Positions 9,921 to 29,199 of a stretch of 64,000 nucleotides of DNA are shown piece by piece; position 1 is the stretch's first letter, and every line of letters starts with the position of its first letter. A program made the translations under genes and the position numbers. The notes beneath the pieces were generated by a model. That model had not been told where the DNA came from. It saw only the letters and a list, made by a program, of their open reading frames with translations, and did no database searches. The stretch is from Dictyostelium discoideum (Eukaryota). The stretch spans positions 2,688,001-2,752,000 of the forward strand of contig CM000150.2 in the NCBI GenBank assembly GCA_000004695.1. The letters run 5' to 3'.

Positions 9921-10450
9921 TTTTAAGTTTTTTTGGTATTTCTAATTTTTTATTTATTAATGATATCAATTTCATTTCAACATGTGAAAGTGCATAGATT
10001 AATCTTTCCTTTCTCTGGCATTTGATTAGTATTGATTCATTTATTACTTTAGAAATTATATTTAAATAAAGGTCACCTTTCTTTATGATATAGTTTGTTG
10101 CAGGGAAATTCCAGGAAAATTTAAAGTTAGATTTAAGTTGTTATTTTTTTTAATTTTTTTTTTATTATTTTACCTTTTTTTTTTTTTTTTAAATCTAAAC
10201 AATAAACTTTATGTAAACCTTTTAATTGTTAGTTGGATTTACTTTTTTTTTACATTTTTTTAATGATTATTTTTTTTTTTTTTTTCAAAAAATTTATTCT
10301 ATTTATACTAAATCATTTTTCAATTTTAAAAATTATTTGAAAGTAAAAAATGGAATTTTTCCTATTTTTGAGTAATATCTAATAGCAAAAAAGAAAATTA
10401 CCAAATCTGAAAATATTAAAAATTTAAAAAATGGGTTATTATTTAAATTG
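9921..10450 (+). repeat. Dispersed repeat family, copy 1 (about 530 bp). Possible fragment of a tRNA-associated element.
   Basis: 70-85% identical over its length to 33190-33890 in the same orientation. Examples are ggtatttctaattttttatttat..gatatcaatt..tgcatagat.aatctttcctttctct..catttgatt.gt.ttgattcatttattactttagaaat and the tail ..attctatttatact.aatcatttttcaat..aaaaattatttcaaagtaaaaaa.ggaattttt.ctattttagtaa.atctaa.gcaaaaagaaaatt.ccaaatctgaaaatatt.aaaa. Confidence 0.7.
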
Positions 10451-10631
10451 TTTTAAAGTGATTAAAATGAACTATAATCAAATTTACTAGACCTTTTGAT
10501 AATCTATTTTTTAAAAAGATAATTATGAACATCTATATAAAAATCTCGTAGTCAGTCTATCTCCCTACCTATTGTTTCAAGAATTTTTGAATTTATGAAA
10601 TTTTTCGAGGGGTTTCACCAGTTAGTTTTAA

Positions 10632-10641
10632 GGAGTCGAAC
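10632..10641 (-). promoter_or_regulatory. Extra B-box downstream of tRNA-Glu
   Basis: The minus-strand gttcgactcc lies about 30 nt past the tRNA 3' end. Confidence 0.5.
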
Positions 10642-10671
10642 ATGCGACGTATTATATCATTTATAAAAAAG

Positions 10672-10743
10672 CTCCCCATTCGGGAATCGAACCCGAGGTA
10701 CCAGTGTGAAAGACTAGAGTGTTACCGACTACACCAATGAGGA
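10672..10743 (-). tRNA. tRNA-Glu (anticodon UUC)
   Basis: The minus strand reads TCCTCATTGGTGTAGTCGGTAACACTCTAGTCTTTCACACTGGTACCTCGGGTTCGATTCCCGAATGGGGAG. It folds as a cloverleaf with an anticodon stem ctagt/actgg and loop ctTTCac. A TTTTTT terminator follows. Confidence 0.9.
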
Positions 10744-11016
10744 TTTGGTTGAAATTTCGATTTTTATATTTTAAAAATTATAAAAAAATATAATTTATTG
10801 AAAAAATTGTTATTTTTCTAAATTAATTGAAAATAAAAACAATTTAGTTTTTTTAAAAAATAGAAAAAATAATTATGAAATCGATTTTAGAAAAAAATGG
10901 GATCGATTTCTCGTTTTTAAAAAATTTTGTCGTTTTTTTTTATTTTTTAATTTTTTTTTTATTTCATATTTTAAATTAATAACACCAACCAAAATATAAT
11001 TTAAAAAAGAAGCAAA

Positions 11017-12122
11017 ATGGAAAATAAAAAAGAATCTTCATTGTTATATATTTTAACAGGTGCAACAAGTGGACTTTTAGCAGATTCAATTATGCATCCA
11101 GTTGACACAGTTAGAGCAAGAGTTCAAATAGAAGTAAAATTATAATAACAATAATAATTTATAATAATAATATTTTTCAAAATATTTATAAATATTAATT
11201 CTATTTATAGAAAGTTGGAAAATCACAATATAAAGGTACATTTAATGCATTAAATCAAATTATAAAGAATGAAGGAGTTAGTTATCTTTATAAAGGATTT
11301 CCAATTGTAGCAACAGCAACAGTACCAGCACATGCATTATATTTTTTAGGATATGAATATAGTAAACAATGGGTAACCGATCGATATGGTAAGAAATGGG
11401 GTGAGAGTACTATTACACATTTTTCAGCAGGATTTGTAGCGGATGCATTAGGATCATTAATTTGGGTACCAATGGATATCATTAAACAGAGATTACAAGT
11501 TCAAACCAATACACAAAAATTAAATCCGAATCAAACCTATTATAAAGGTAGTTTTCATGCAGGTAAAATAATATTACAAGAAGAGGGTATCAGAGGATTA
11601 TATCGTGGATTTATGCCAGCATTAGCAACGTATGGACCATTTGTTGGAATTTATTTCTCAGTTTATGAAAAATGTAAATCAACCATCTCTTCATTACTAT
11701 CAAAAGAAAAAGACCAATACCTACCAATACCATATCAATTAGGTTCTGGTTTCTTTGCTGGTGCATTTGCTGCCGCTGTCACTTGTCCTTTAGATGTCAT
11801 TAAAACTAGAATTCAAGTACAACGTTCAACTGAAAAACAAATTTATAAAGGTATGTGGGATTCATTTAAAACAATCTTAAAAGAAGAAGGTCCAAAAGCA
11901 TTTGTAAAAGGTATGGGCGCTAGAATTTGGTGGATTGCTCCTGGTAACGCTTTAACAATTGCATCTTGTAAGTTTTTATAATTATAAATTATTACTATTA
12001 TTATTATTATTAAACATAAATAAAATAATAATTTAATTAAATAATATTAATTTTAAAACTATTTTTTAAATAATAAATCAATAGATGAACAATTAAAATA
12101 TTTATTTAAAGATTTAATTTAA
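11017..12122 (+). CDS. Mitochondrial carrier family protein (about 304 aa). Exons 11017..11133, 11211..11967 and 12085..12122.
   Basis: The signature PVDTVRARVQ lies in exon 1. Three carrier repeats are present (…GFMPALATYGPF…, …CPLDVIKTRIQV…). Splice sites are GTAAAA/..TATAG and GTAAGT/..AATAG. The last exon completes the typical MCF C-terminus TIASYEQLKYLFKDLI-stop. Confidence 0.8.
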
Positions 12123-12288
12123 TAAAATTATAAGGAAAAAAAAGTTATTATTTTTGGTCTATTAATACATATTTTATTATTTTTTTTTTTATTATTATTT
12201 TATTATTATTATACATTTTATTTTTCTTTTTTTTTTTTTTTCTTTTTTTTTTTTTTATTTATACATATATATAAAAGATTATTAAAAA

Positions 12289-17516
<5,228 letters not shown>

Positions 17517-17594
17517 ATTAATTCTATTTTTTTAAATTTATAGGTTATTTTATAAATTTACTTTCTCTTTAAATAATAAATAGAAAAAAAAATG

Positions 17595-17625
<31 letters not shown>

Positions 17626-17892
17626 CAACCATCAAAAGAAAGTGATTGTTATTTTTTTTATTTTTTTTTCTTCAAATATTATTTAATTTCCCTTTTTTTT
17701 TTTTTTAATTGAAAAATATTTATCATAAATAATTTAAAATAAAACCAAATCAGATCAAATCAAAAAAAAAAAAAAAATAAAATTGTGTATGCCAAATATT
17801 TTTAGAAAATTGTTATTTTTACTTTCACTAATGTATTAATGTTTATTATTATTATAATTATTATTTTTATTATTATTTTTATTATTTATTTA

Positions 17893-17969
<77 letters not shown>

Positions 17970-18304
17970 TTTATTATTTTTATTATTATTTTTATTATTA
18001 TTATTCTAAAATAATACTATTATATAAATATATATATATATATTTTATATTTTTTTTTATTTATCAAATTTGGAAATCTAGTGTAATGAAATAAAAGATT
18101 GATTTAGTTGATTGTGTTTATAATTGTAGTTTATATTAAAAATGAAAAAAAATAAATAAAATAAAATATAATGAAAAAAAAAAATAATAATAATATTAAA
18201 TAAAAACAAATAAATTCGTTTTTTTTCTTTTTATTTTTATTTTTTTTTATTATTTTTTTTTTATGTTATTATTCTATTCTAAAACTTTTTTGTTATTCTT
18301 TTGT

Positions 18305-18350
<46 letters not shown>

Positions 18351-19010
18351 TGGTAGATCGGGGGAGAGTGAGTGTATGTGTTTTGTGTTTAATTATTATT
18401 TTTATTTTATTTTATTTTTATTTTTTATTTTTTTTTTTGTGGTGTGTTTTTTAACCTACTCTATGGTAAAGCTTGGTTGAAAAAAGTTATTTTGATGAGG
18501 ATAAAGATGAATGTGTAATGTGTGAGTGTTTTTATGTGTTATTTTTATCGCCTCAATATTATTTATTATTATTATTTTTTTTTTTTTTTTTTTTTGTTTT
18601 TCAATTAATATTAAAAAAAATAAATTAAAAAAAAATTTATTTTTTATTTATTAATTTTTTTATTTTTATTTTTTTTATTTTTTATTTTCTAAATTTATTT
18701 ATTAATTTAAAGGAAACAATGAATATGATAACGTGATATTTATCTATCTAAAAAAAAAAAAAAAATTATAAAAAAAAAAAATAAAAATAAAAAAAAAAAG
18801 TTTTTTTATCAAAAAAAAAAAAAAAATGCGTTTTTTTCTTTGGTGAAGCAACTCTATCATAAATAGAAAAACCCAAAATGGAAAAAAACTTTAAAAAAAA
18901 AAAAATCAAAAAAAAAAAATCAAAAAAAAAAAAAAAAATTAAATAAAAATTATTTTTTAAAAAAAAAAAAAATCATGGTGATTGGATTTCGCCAATAACC
19001 ATTCATTTTT

Positions 19011-19042
<32 letters not shown>

Positions 19043-19334
19043 CGAAATTATAAATGTTGGTAGTACTTTTCTAAAATATAATATAATCACCTCCAAAGGT
19101 AACTGTCCCCGACTAAATGGGTTTGAGATTTATTTTTTATAACAATTGTTTTAAAAATTTTTTTTTAAAATAATTTTTAAAAAAAAAAAAACAAAAAAAT
19201 ATATATATCAAAAATAATACATGATATTTTACTATTTATCATACTACTATTAAATTTTAATAATAAAAATAATAATAATAATAAAAATAATAAAAATAAT
19301 AATAATAAAAAAAATAATAAAAAAATAATAAAAA

Positions 19335-19372
<38 letters not shown>

Positions 19373-19410
19373 CCATCTACTCTTTTTTTTTTTTTTTTTT
19401 TTTTTTTAAT

Positions 19411-19560
19411 ATTAATCTTGATTATCGTCGTCATTATTATCGTAGCCATTATTTTTTGGTTGGTATGATGGATTAAACTACATTTACATTTTATACGGGG
19501 GTTGGAATTATTTTCAAAATAAATTTCATAACCATCAGGTTCCCATTTACAAAATTAAAA
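19411..19560 (-). pseudogene. Degenerate partial duplicate of the 3' end of the zinc-finger gene at 20681..21448
   Basis: The minus strand reads F-stop-FCKWEPDGYEIYFENNSNPRIKCKCSLIHHTNQ. The parent gene reads CKWCDGYEIDSKSKEQLCINCKCSLIHHITTN. The nucleotide blocks ggattaaactacatttaca and aatttcataaccatc are shared. Confidence 0.5.
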
Positions 19561-20364
19561 TAATAATAAAAAAAAAAAAAAATTAAATTCATAATAATTA
19601 TTATTTGTTTTTTCAATGTCTTCATTTAATTTTATTTAAAAAAAAATTAATTAATTTTTATTTTTTTATTATTATTATTTTTATTATTATTATTATTATT
19701 ATTAATATTATTTTTTTTTGTAGAATTGATTTATTTATTAATTTATCTTGAAAAAAAAAAAAACCTATAAAATTTTGGATTAATCTAAAAATTTTTATAT
19801 TATTTTCTTTTGGGTTTTAATAATTTTTTTACCATGATTTTAATTCAAAAAAAAAAAAAATTTGAAAAGATTTTAATTTTTTTTAAAGGGCGAAAAAAAA
19901 AAAAAAAAAAATACCAATCTATTCAAAGAATGATCTTGATTTTTTCTATTCATAAATCCCCAAATAAAATTATTATTATTAATATTAAATTCCATTTTTT
20001 CTAATATTTTATTGTTTTCACTTAAAATATTAAATAATTTAAAAGGAGTTTTAAGAAAAAAAAAAAAAAAAAAACTGAAGATAATAATATTACTATCAAT
20101 CTAATCAATATCATGATTAAAAACAATTATTTTTCATTTTTTCAAAAAAAATTCAAAAAAAAAAAAAATTTTAAAATTTATTAATCCCAACCAGACAACA
20201 ATAAATATTTTAATTTAAATTTTAACTAAAAAAAATAAAAAAAAAAAAAAAAATTATAAAATAAAATAAAATAAAATTTTGAGCCAAACTTTTAATTTGT
20301 AATATTTTATTATTTTATTTTTTTATTTTTGTATTATTTTTTAATAGTTAAGATAAATAAAATC

Positions 20365-20399
<35 letters not shown>

Positions 20400-20680
20400 G
20401 GTCAATTATTTGAATGGAGTTTAAAAATAACTTTTTTTTTCTTGCTCTCCTGAGATTTTTTTTTTTATTTTTTTTTTTTTTATTTTTTTTTTTTATCTTA
20501 ATTTTTATTTTTTTTTGAAAAATGCACTTTGAATAAATTTAATAAAACAACAAAATTTTGACCTTTTAGGTTTTTTTTTACATGATAACCATTCTACCAC
20601 ATTTTTTTTTTTTTTTTTTTTTTATTTTTTTTTTTTTTTCTTTTAACAATTTATTATTATTTTATTATTTTAACATATTT

Positions 20681-21448
20681 TTAATGATGATCTCCATAGT
20701 AATCAGCTTCATCACTACTATTATCGAAATAATCTTCTTCATCGTTATCATCATCTTCGTCATCATCGTAACCATTAAAATTAGTTGTTATGTGATGGAT
20801 TAAACTACATTTACAATTTATACAAAGTTGTTCTTTACTTTTGCTATCAATTTCATAACCATCGCACCATTTACAATTTTCACAAACATAATCATGTTTA
20901 TTATTATTATTATTATTAGTGATTGAGTTTTCAATAAAATCATCACCATCATCATTGTTATCATTATCATTATTAATATTATTATTATTATTAATTTTTG
21001 ATAATTCTTGAAAATCTTGATTAATTTTTTGTAGAATTGATTTATCAGATTGAGCATCTTCATCAATTTCTCTATATTGATACTTTTTTAAATTTTCACT
21101 TTTAATTTCATTTCCAATATTTTCATTTTCATTATCAGAATCATTATCAGAATCATTTTCACTACCATTGGTTTTAATCTCTAATTTTGAAAATGAATTC
21201 AATGTGTTTCCGTTTAAAATTTCATGAGATTGTGTTTGTGATGATGGTTGACTTGTTCTAAAAAGTGAGAGATCATTTATCTTGAATTTAAACATTAATT
21301 CCTCTCTTTCTCTATTTGTAATTTGAACACCATTCTTTAAAAGGCCTAATAGATATTCTTTCCTTTCATTCTCCTTATTATCTTCTACTTTTATTGTTGT
21401 TGATGTTATTGTTGGTGTTGTTGTTGACATAGGATTAATATCAACCAT
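20681..21448 (-). CDS. Ser/Thr-rich acidic protein with a C-terminal Cys-rich zinc-finger-like motif (255 aa)
   Basis: Single ORF. It contains YVCENCKWCDGYEIDSKSKEQLCINCKCSLIHH followed by an acidic D/E tail. No family assignment was possible from the sequence alone. Confidence 0.55.
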   Translation of the reverse strand: MVDINPMSTTTPTITSTTIKVEDNKENERKEYLLGLLKNGVQITNREREELMFKFKINDLSLFRTSQPSSQTQSHEILNGNTLNSFSKLEIKTNGSENDSDNDSDNENENIGNEIKSENLKKYQYREIDEDAQSDKSILQKINQDFQELSKINNNNNINNDNDNNDDGDDFIENSITNNNNNNKHDYVCENCKWCDGYEIDSKSKEQLCINCKCSLIHHITTNFNGYDDDEDDDNDEEDYFDNSSDEADYYGDHH

Positions 21449-21752
21449 ATGGAAAAAATGTGATATTTAAAAAGGTAAGAAAAAAAAAAAAAATTTAATT
21501 TTTATGAAAAAAAAAAAAAAAATAAAAAAAATTAAGAAAAAAAAAGATATTTGTGATTTTTATGAGAAATAAATGAATGTTGATTTTGGAAAATTTTTAA
21601 TAATAAAGAGAATATAGTTTTTTTTTTTTTAAAAAAAAAAAAACTAAATAATTGATTAAATTGTTATTATCATTATTTTTTTTTTTTTTTTTTTTTTTTT
21701 TTATATTTAGGTTTATTAATTTTTAAAGTTCTATTATTAGATTTTTATTGCA

Positions 21753-21785
<33 letters not shown>

Positions 21786-22209
21786 ATATTCTTTATTATT
21801 AAAATTTTTCAATAAAATTTAATTTTCTCCTAAAAAAATGAAAAAAAAAAAAAAAAAAATCTAAATAAAATTTATGTAGGTATGTAACGTTATATATATG
21901 TGGTAAACTTTTGATTTTATCATCGTTGCGACATAAATATTTTCACCTTTTTGAATAAATTTTTATTTATTTTAATTTTTTTTTTTATTTTTAAAAAATT
22001 TTTATTTATTTTAATTTTTTTTTATTTTTTTTTTTATTTTTTATTTTTTTTTTTTTTTAAAAATTAAATTAAATTTTTCAACACTGTTGTATATATATTT
22101 AATACAAAAAAAAAAAAAAAAAAAAAAAGAAAACAAAACAAAAAAAAAAACAAAACAAAACAAATAAAAAAAAAAAAGTACCTTATACAGAAAAAAAAAA
22201 AAAAAAAAA

Positions 22210-23100
22210 ATGTCAGAAGAATTAATTATTCCAATTTCGGAAATGGAGGGCATTACACCAGAATATCAAAGATTAATGGATAAATCAAACAATGTTGATT
22301 ATAAATGGATTGCAGACAATAATATTTTTGTTCAAGTTGGTTGTGATATGGAGGGTGTACCAGTTTTCTTATTAAATGCTTCAAATTTACCTCCAACCTC
22401 GCAAATTGAACCTGTATTAATCGGTATTTTGTAAGTTATTTATTTTTCAAATAAAAACAAAATTAAAATAAAATAAAAAAAATAAAAATAAATAAAAATG
22501 TTAATTATTAATAATAATAATAATATTTTATTAGAAAAACATTAGAACAAATTGTTAAAGGTAATAGATATACATTATTATATTCACATGCATTACTAAA
22601 ACAAGAAAGTACACCAGACAAATCATGGTTAAATTCATTTTATCAAATGTTACCAAGAAAGTAAATATTTATTAAATTTTATTAAATTATTTTATAAAAT
22701 AAATCATAAATTAATTTTTATTTTTTTATTTTTATTTTTATTTTTTTTTTTAATTAGTTATAAAAAGAATTTAAAAAATTTGTATATTTTACATCCAAGT
22801 GGTTGGTTAAAGATTTTATTATTAGCAATGTCACCATTTTTAAGTGAAAAGTTTTGGAGTAAAGTTGAATATTTAGATTACATTCAAGAGATACCAGGTG
22901 TTTTAGATAGATCAAATATTATATCAAAATTACCACAATCAATTAAAGATTATGATAAAGGTTTATTAGAAACACCAGAAGTTACTGAACAAGTTGTTTC
23001 TGGTATGGATACTTTAGGAAAAGAATATTTATCAAGTTTTGCTTCATCTTTTAATTTCTTTTCTTCAACCAATCCATCATCTTGGACAAGTCCAAAATAA
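22210..23100 (+). CDS. CRAL-TRIO_2 (BCH-like, divergent Sec14) domain protein (about 230 aa). Exons 22210..22430, 22535..22660 and 22758..23100.
   Basis: Splice sites are GTAAGT/..TTATTAG and GTAAAT/..TTAATTAG. The spliced protein reads ..FLLNASNLPP..VLIGILKTLEQIVKGNRYTLLYSHALLKQESTPDKSWLNSFYQMLPRNYKKNLKNLYILHPSGWLKILL.., which matches the CRAL_TRIO_2 signature (…YKKNLK.LYIVHP..W.K). Confidence 0.7.
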
Positions 23101-23220
23101 TTTTAAAATAATGTTTTAAAAATTTTAAAATAATCATTTTCTTTTTTTTTTTTCCCCCATCTTTTTTCTCTCCAGTTTTCTATGTTTTTTTTTTTGTTTT
23201 TTCTGTTTTTATAAATATAA

Positions 23221-23221
23221 A

Positions 23222-23304
<83 letters not shown>
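23221..23304. repeat. (ATA)n microsatellite of about 28 units
   Basis: Direct reading. Confidence 0.95.
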
Positions 23305-23307
<3 letters not shown>

Positions 23308-23494
23308 TGTAATAATAAATAATAATAATAATTGTTATAATAAAATAAATAAAAAATACCATTGTTTTTAAAAATATATATATATTAAAAATTTTGTGTA
23401 TACATATTTTTGAAAGTTAAAATTTTAAATAAAGTTTTTTATTTTTTATATATATTTATTTGAAGTTATTAATCTAGATTTGTAATTTAAAAAA

Positions 23495-25021
<1,527 letters not shown>

Positions 25022-25344
25022 TTTATTAATTGTATATATTAATAAAAAAAAAAAAATAAAAAAAATAAAAAAAAGAAAAAAGGAATTAAAAAATTATAAT
25101 TAATTTATATAGCAAAAAATAAAATAAAATAAAAAAAAATAAAAAAAAATAAAATAAAATAAAATAATAAAAAAATAAATTAAAATTTATTTAGTTTATT
25201 CTTTTATTTTTTTTTTTTTTTTTTAATAAAATACAAAGGGTTTTCCAAATTAGTTCAAATTTTGGAATTTTTTTTTTTATTTTATTTTTTTTTTTTAATT
25301 TTTGGACCAGACTCGAAAGGGTAACTGAAAAATGATCGCAAAAA

Positions 25345-25376
<32 letters not shown>

Positions 25377-25557
25377 ATAAAAAAAAAACTTAAATTGGTA
25401 AACTTGAAATGGAATTGTTTTTCTTGAGTGGGTATGAATATGAATAAATAGATTACTCGGATTTGAAATATTCTATTAATATGGAACAATTGTACTGGAT
25501 TTTAATTTTTTTTTTTTTTTTTTTTCCCAAAAGAATTCTGTTTAATAATAATCATAT

Positions 25558-26296
25558 TTATGATTCCATACCACCACCACTGCCACCACTACTATTATCA
25601 TCATTATTACAATCATTGGATATTAATTTTTTTTTTGTAATTGTTGTGGTAGTTGTGGTAGTTGTTGTTGTTGAAATTACATTTTGATTTTTTAAAATTG
25701 TAGCTTCATAATTAATTAATTGATTGATGAAACCAGTATTTGGTTGAATACAAGGTCTAATATTACGAAGATATTGCATACAATACCAAAATGGTTTAAA
25801 GAATACACTCATTAAATAACTGATTACAACAGATGCACTTCTACTAACACCTGCACTACAATGTACTAATATCCCACCTAATTTCCTACCATTTTCAATG
25901 AAACCATGACATTGTTGGAAGTAACTAGAAATATCTTTTTGACTTTCATCTTCAATATTAATACAAAGTGTTGTAAATTCCTATAAAAAATAAAAAAAAA
26001 ATAAAAAAAAAAAATAATAATAATAATTAACATATTTGTATTAAAAAATAATAAAAAAAAAAAAAAATAGTAATAATTACTTTAATTTTTGGAGGATTAG
26101 TTGAAATTGATAAAATATGAGTAATTTTATGTTCTTTTAAGCTAGTTGTGCAAGTTGCAGCACTAATTGACCCGATGTATAGATTTGGTATGACTTCCTG
26201 GGCATCGAAACATATTTCTTCCTCGAGGTCTTCTACCATATCCCAGTAGCCACCTCCACCACAATAACTTTCTTCATCATCTTTGTTTTTTGCCAT
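25558..26296 (-). CDS. Dual-specificity protein phosphatase (about 212 aa). Exons complement(26081..26296) and complement(25558..25980). Intron 25981..26080.
   Basis: The catalytic loop VHCSAGVSRSASVVISYLM matches the HCxxGxxRS motif. Exon 1 ends ..STNPPKIK with a GTAATT donor. The acceptor is TTTTTTATAG. Confidence 0.8.
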
Positions 26297-27189
26297 TTTT
26301 GTACAATTTTATTTAAATTTTTATTTTTTTTATTTTTAATAATTAATAATTATTTATTTATTTATTTTATCTTTTTTTTATTTTCTTTGCTGAATGTTAC
26401 TTATAAACACCACTTTTCATTCAACACTTTATTTTATTTTTTTTATTATTGTTATTGTTTTATTTAATTTTTTTTATTTTAAATTTTTATTTTTATTTTT
26501 ATTATTTTTATTATTATTTATTTTTTATTTTAATTTTTTATTTTTATTATTATTATTAATTTCTTATTTTCTAAATATTATTAATAGATTAATAATAATT
26601 TTATTTGAAAATGGGTTTTTTTTTTTTTAATTGGTTAAAAATGGGTGGAAGATAAAGAAAAAAAAAACACAGTGTGGTATTTTTGTTATTTTCTTTTTTT
26701 TTTTTTTTATTATTGTCAATAAATGAAAAAAAACACCCCAAATAATGGTTTTTTATATGATCAATATGTTTTGGAAAAATAAAAAAAAATAAAAAATATG
26801 CAAAAAATAGTGGTGATTAGTTTTAGTAGTTTAGTGAACAAAAAAAAAAAAAAAAATAAAAAATAAAAAAAATAAAAAAAAACAAAAAATAAAAAAAAAA
26901 AATTAAAAAAAAAAAAAAAAAAATGTTTGACTTTGTGATGAAGATTTTTTAAGCCCATCAATTTTATTATTTACAATAAAAAAAAAAAAAGTTTTGTTTG
27001 ACTTTTCTCGGCAGACAATTGAAACTAAAAAGATATTTATAAAAAAAAAAAAAAAAGAAGATATTTATAAAAAAAAAAATAAAAGATATTTATAATAAAA
27101 GAAAAAATAGAAAAAAAAAAAAAAAGCGCCAAAGATATTTTATTATTGTCATTATTTTTCTATTATTATTATTTTATAAATTAAAAAGA

Positions 27190-27232
27190 TTAAGGGAAAT
27201 CACCAAAATCTGGTTCGTCGTCAATTTGTTGC

Positions 27233-27263
<31 letters not shown>

Positions 27264-28197
27264 GAGGCTGTTGTTGTTGTTGTTGTTGTTGGAATTGAGG
27301 GATGGCAGGGTTTTTCATTGGAAAACTTGGAGCAGTTTTTGGTGGTGAAGAGGTTGGTTTTGGTGGCACAGTGCCTAGTGATGGACTTGGTTTATTTTGT
27401 TGAAATTGAGGTTGTGGTGGAGGTTGTTGTTGTTGTTGTTGTTGTTGTTGCTGTTGTTGTTGAACCATTGGCTTTGCTGGTGCCTTTTGTTGTGGTTGTT
27501 GTGGTGGTGGTTGCTGTGGTTGTTGAGCTTGTTGTTGTGGTGCATTTTTAGCAGCAGCAGCAGCTTGAATCATAGCTTGTTTTTGCTTTTTCTTTTCATT
27601 TGTAACTAATACACCCATATTTTTATTGACATCTTTGTCATATAATGAATTACCAATACGATCACCAAACAATCTCAATGTTCTCTTTCTTGCATCTGAT
27701 ACTGCTTCCTGTAAAAATAATAATTAATAACAATAGTAATAATAAATTAGGGGGGTGTGTTAGATAAATGAATAATAGGATTGATTAATTGAATGAATTT
27801 ATTTATTTACCTTTTTAGCATTTTCAATAGCACTACCTTTACTGGGATGTTCAGTTGAACCATAACCAACATCCTCTTGAAAAGTACCATCTTTTAAAGT
27901 GACTCTAACGATTGCAGTTACACCAACTCTATAACGTACAATACCATTTACATTAACCTCTTCAATGAAATCTGGTGATAACTCTTTAATTGATGAACTC
28001 CAACCATTGAATTGAAATATTTTATTTGCTAAATTAATTGCTTTCCATGATTCTAAATATGATAATGTTGTACCACCAGGTCCTTGTCTAGTAGATACAT
28101 CTTCCAATGGTATATTTTCACTTAATATTTGTGAAATCGATGATATCTCTTCCTCTGTGAATGCTACTTGACCAAAAACTGTATTCATTTGTTCCAT
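27190..28197 (-). CDS. rad52: RAD52 homolog (about 301 aa). Exons complement(27811..28197) and complement(27190..27708). Intron 27709..27810.
   Basis: The N-terminal domain matches RAD52 closely (..LANKIFQFNGWSSSIKEL..IVRVTLKDGTFQEDVGYGSTEHPSKGSAIENAKK | EAVSDARKRTLRLFGDRIGNSLYDKD). The donor is GTAAAT and the acceptor is TTTTTACAG. The tail is rich in Q/P. Confidence 0.8.
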
Positions 28198-28336
28198 ATC
28201 TTTATATTATTTATTTATTTATTTATTATTTACAATTACTATTTACAATTTATTTATTTATTTATTATTTGTTTATTTATATATTTGTTTTTCTTTTTTT
28301 TTTTAAAATTATGTTTTTGTGGCGCCATTAAATTTT

Positions 28337-28376
<40 letters not shown>

Positions 28377-28651
28377 CACTTTTTATTTTTTTAATAATTC
28401 TCATTTTTCTGTGAATTATTGAAATTCTATTTGTTATTTTTTTTTAATTATTTTTTTTTTTATATCATTTCGTAAAATTACAATAAATTTATATTTGAAT
28501 ATAATCCAAAATACAAACTAAAAACAAAAAAAAAAATTATTATATAATTCCAATTTAATTGGGATTAAATAATCACCAATAAAAACTGACAAATTTTGAT
28601 TATTATCAAAATATAAAATAAAATCAAAAGATAATTTATTTTTATAATTTA

Positions 28652-28685
<34 letters not shown>

Positions 28686-29072
28686 ATACCAAAATAAAAT
28701 AAAATAAAATAAAATAATTAGAAAACTATTTACATTTGTTAATTTAAAATTTATTTACACTTGTTTTTTTTTTCACAAACAATTTTGTATTTTTTTTTTT
28801 TATTTTTTTTTTTTCCTATGGAACATTATCTTTGTTTAATTCACCTAATAATTTAATTCTTTTCTGATTGAGTAAATGCACAATGTATTCTAATGAATCT
28901 GGGTATGTTACTAACAAATCCTTCTGCAGATGTTTTTTTTTTTTTTTGCTTGTTGTGAGCGTTCAGTCACCGAATCTAAATATTCGTTGTCTTGTGGATT
29001 GATATTTGGTTTTTGAGCACCTTGGATTAAATTTGTAGGGCCAGTATGGCAAACACAATTCAGCTCAATGGC

Positions 29073-29199
29073 AGCACTAGATGACATAACCTTCTTTTTT
29101 AAATTGTGATCGCTAGATATCACTTTGGAAAGTACGTTATTTTCGAAGGTAGTATCTAGTGGTCACAATTTAAAAAAGAAGGGTATGTCATCTAGTGCT
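29073..29199. repeat. Imperfect inverted repeat of about 46 bp. Arms 29073-29119 and 29153-29199 with 3 mismatches. Loop 33 nt.
   Basis: The left arm is agcactagatgacataaccttcttttttaaattgtgatcgctagata. The right arm reverse complement is agcactagatgacatacccttcttttttaaattgtgaccactagata. Confidence 0.75.
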
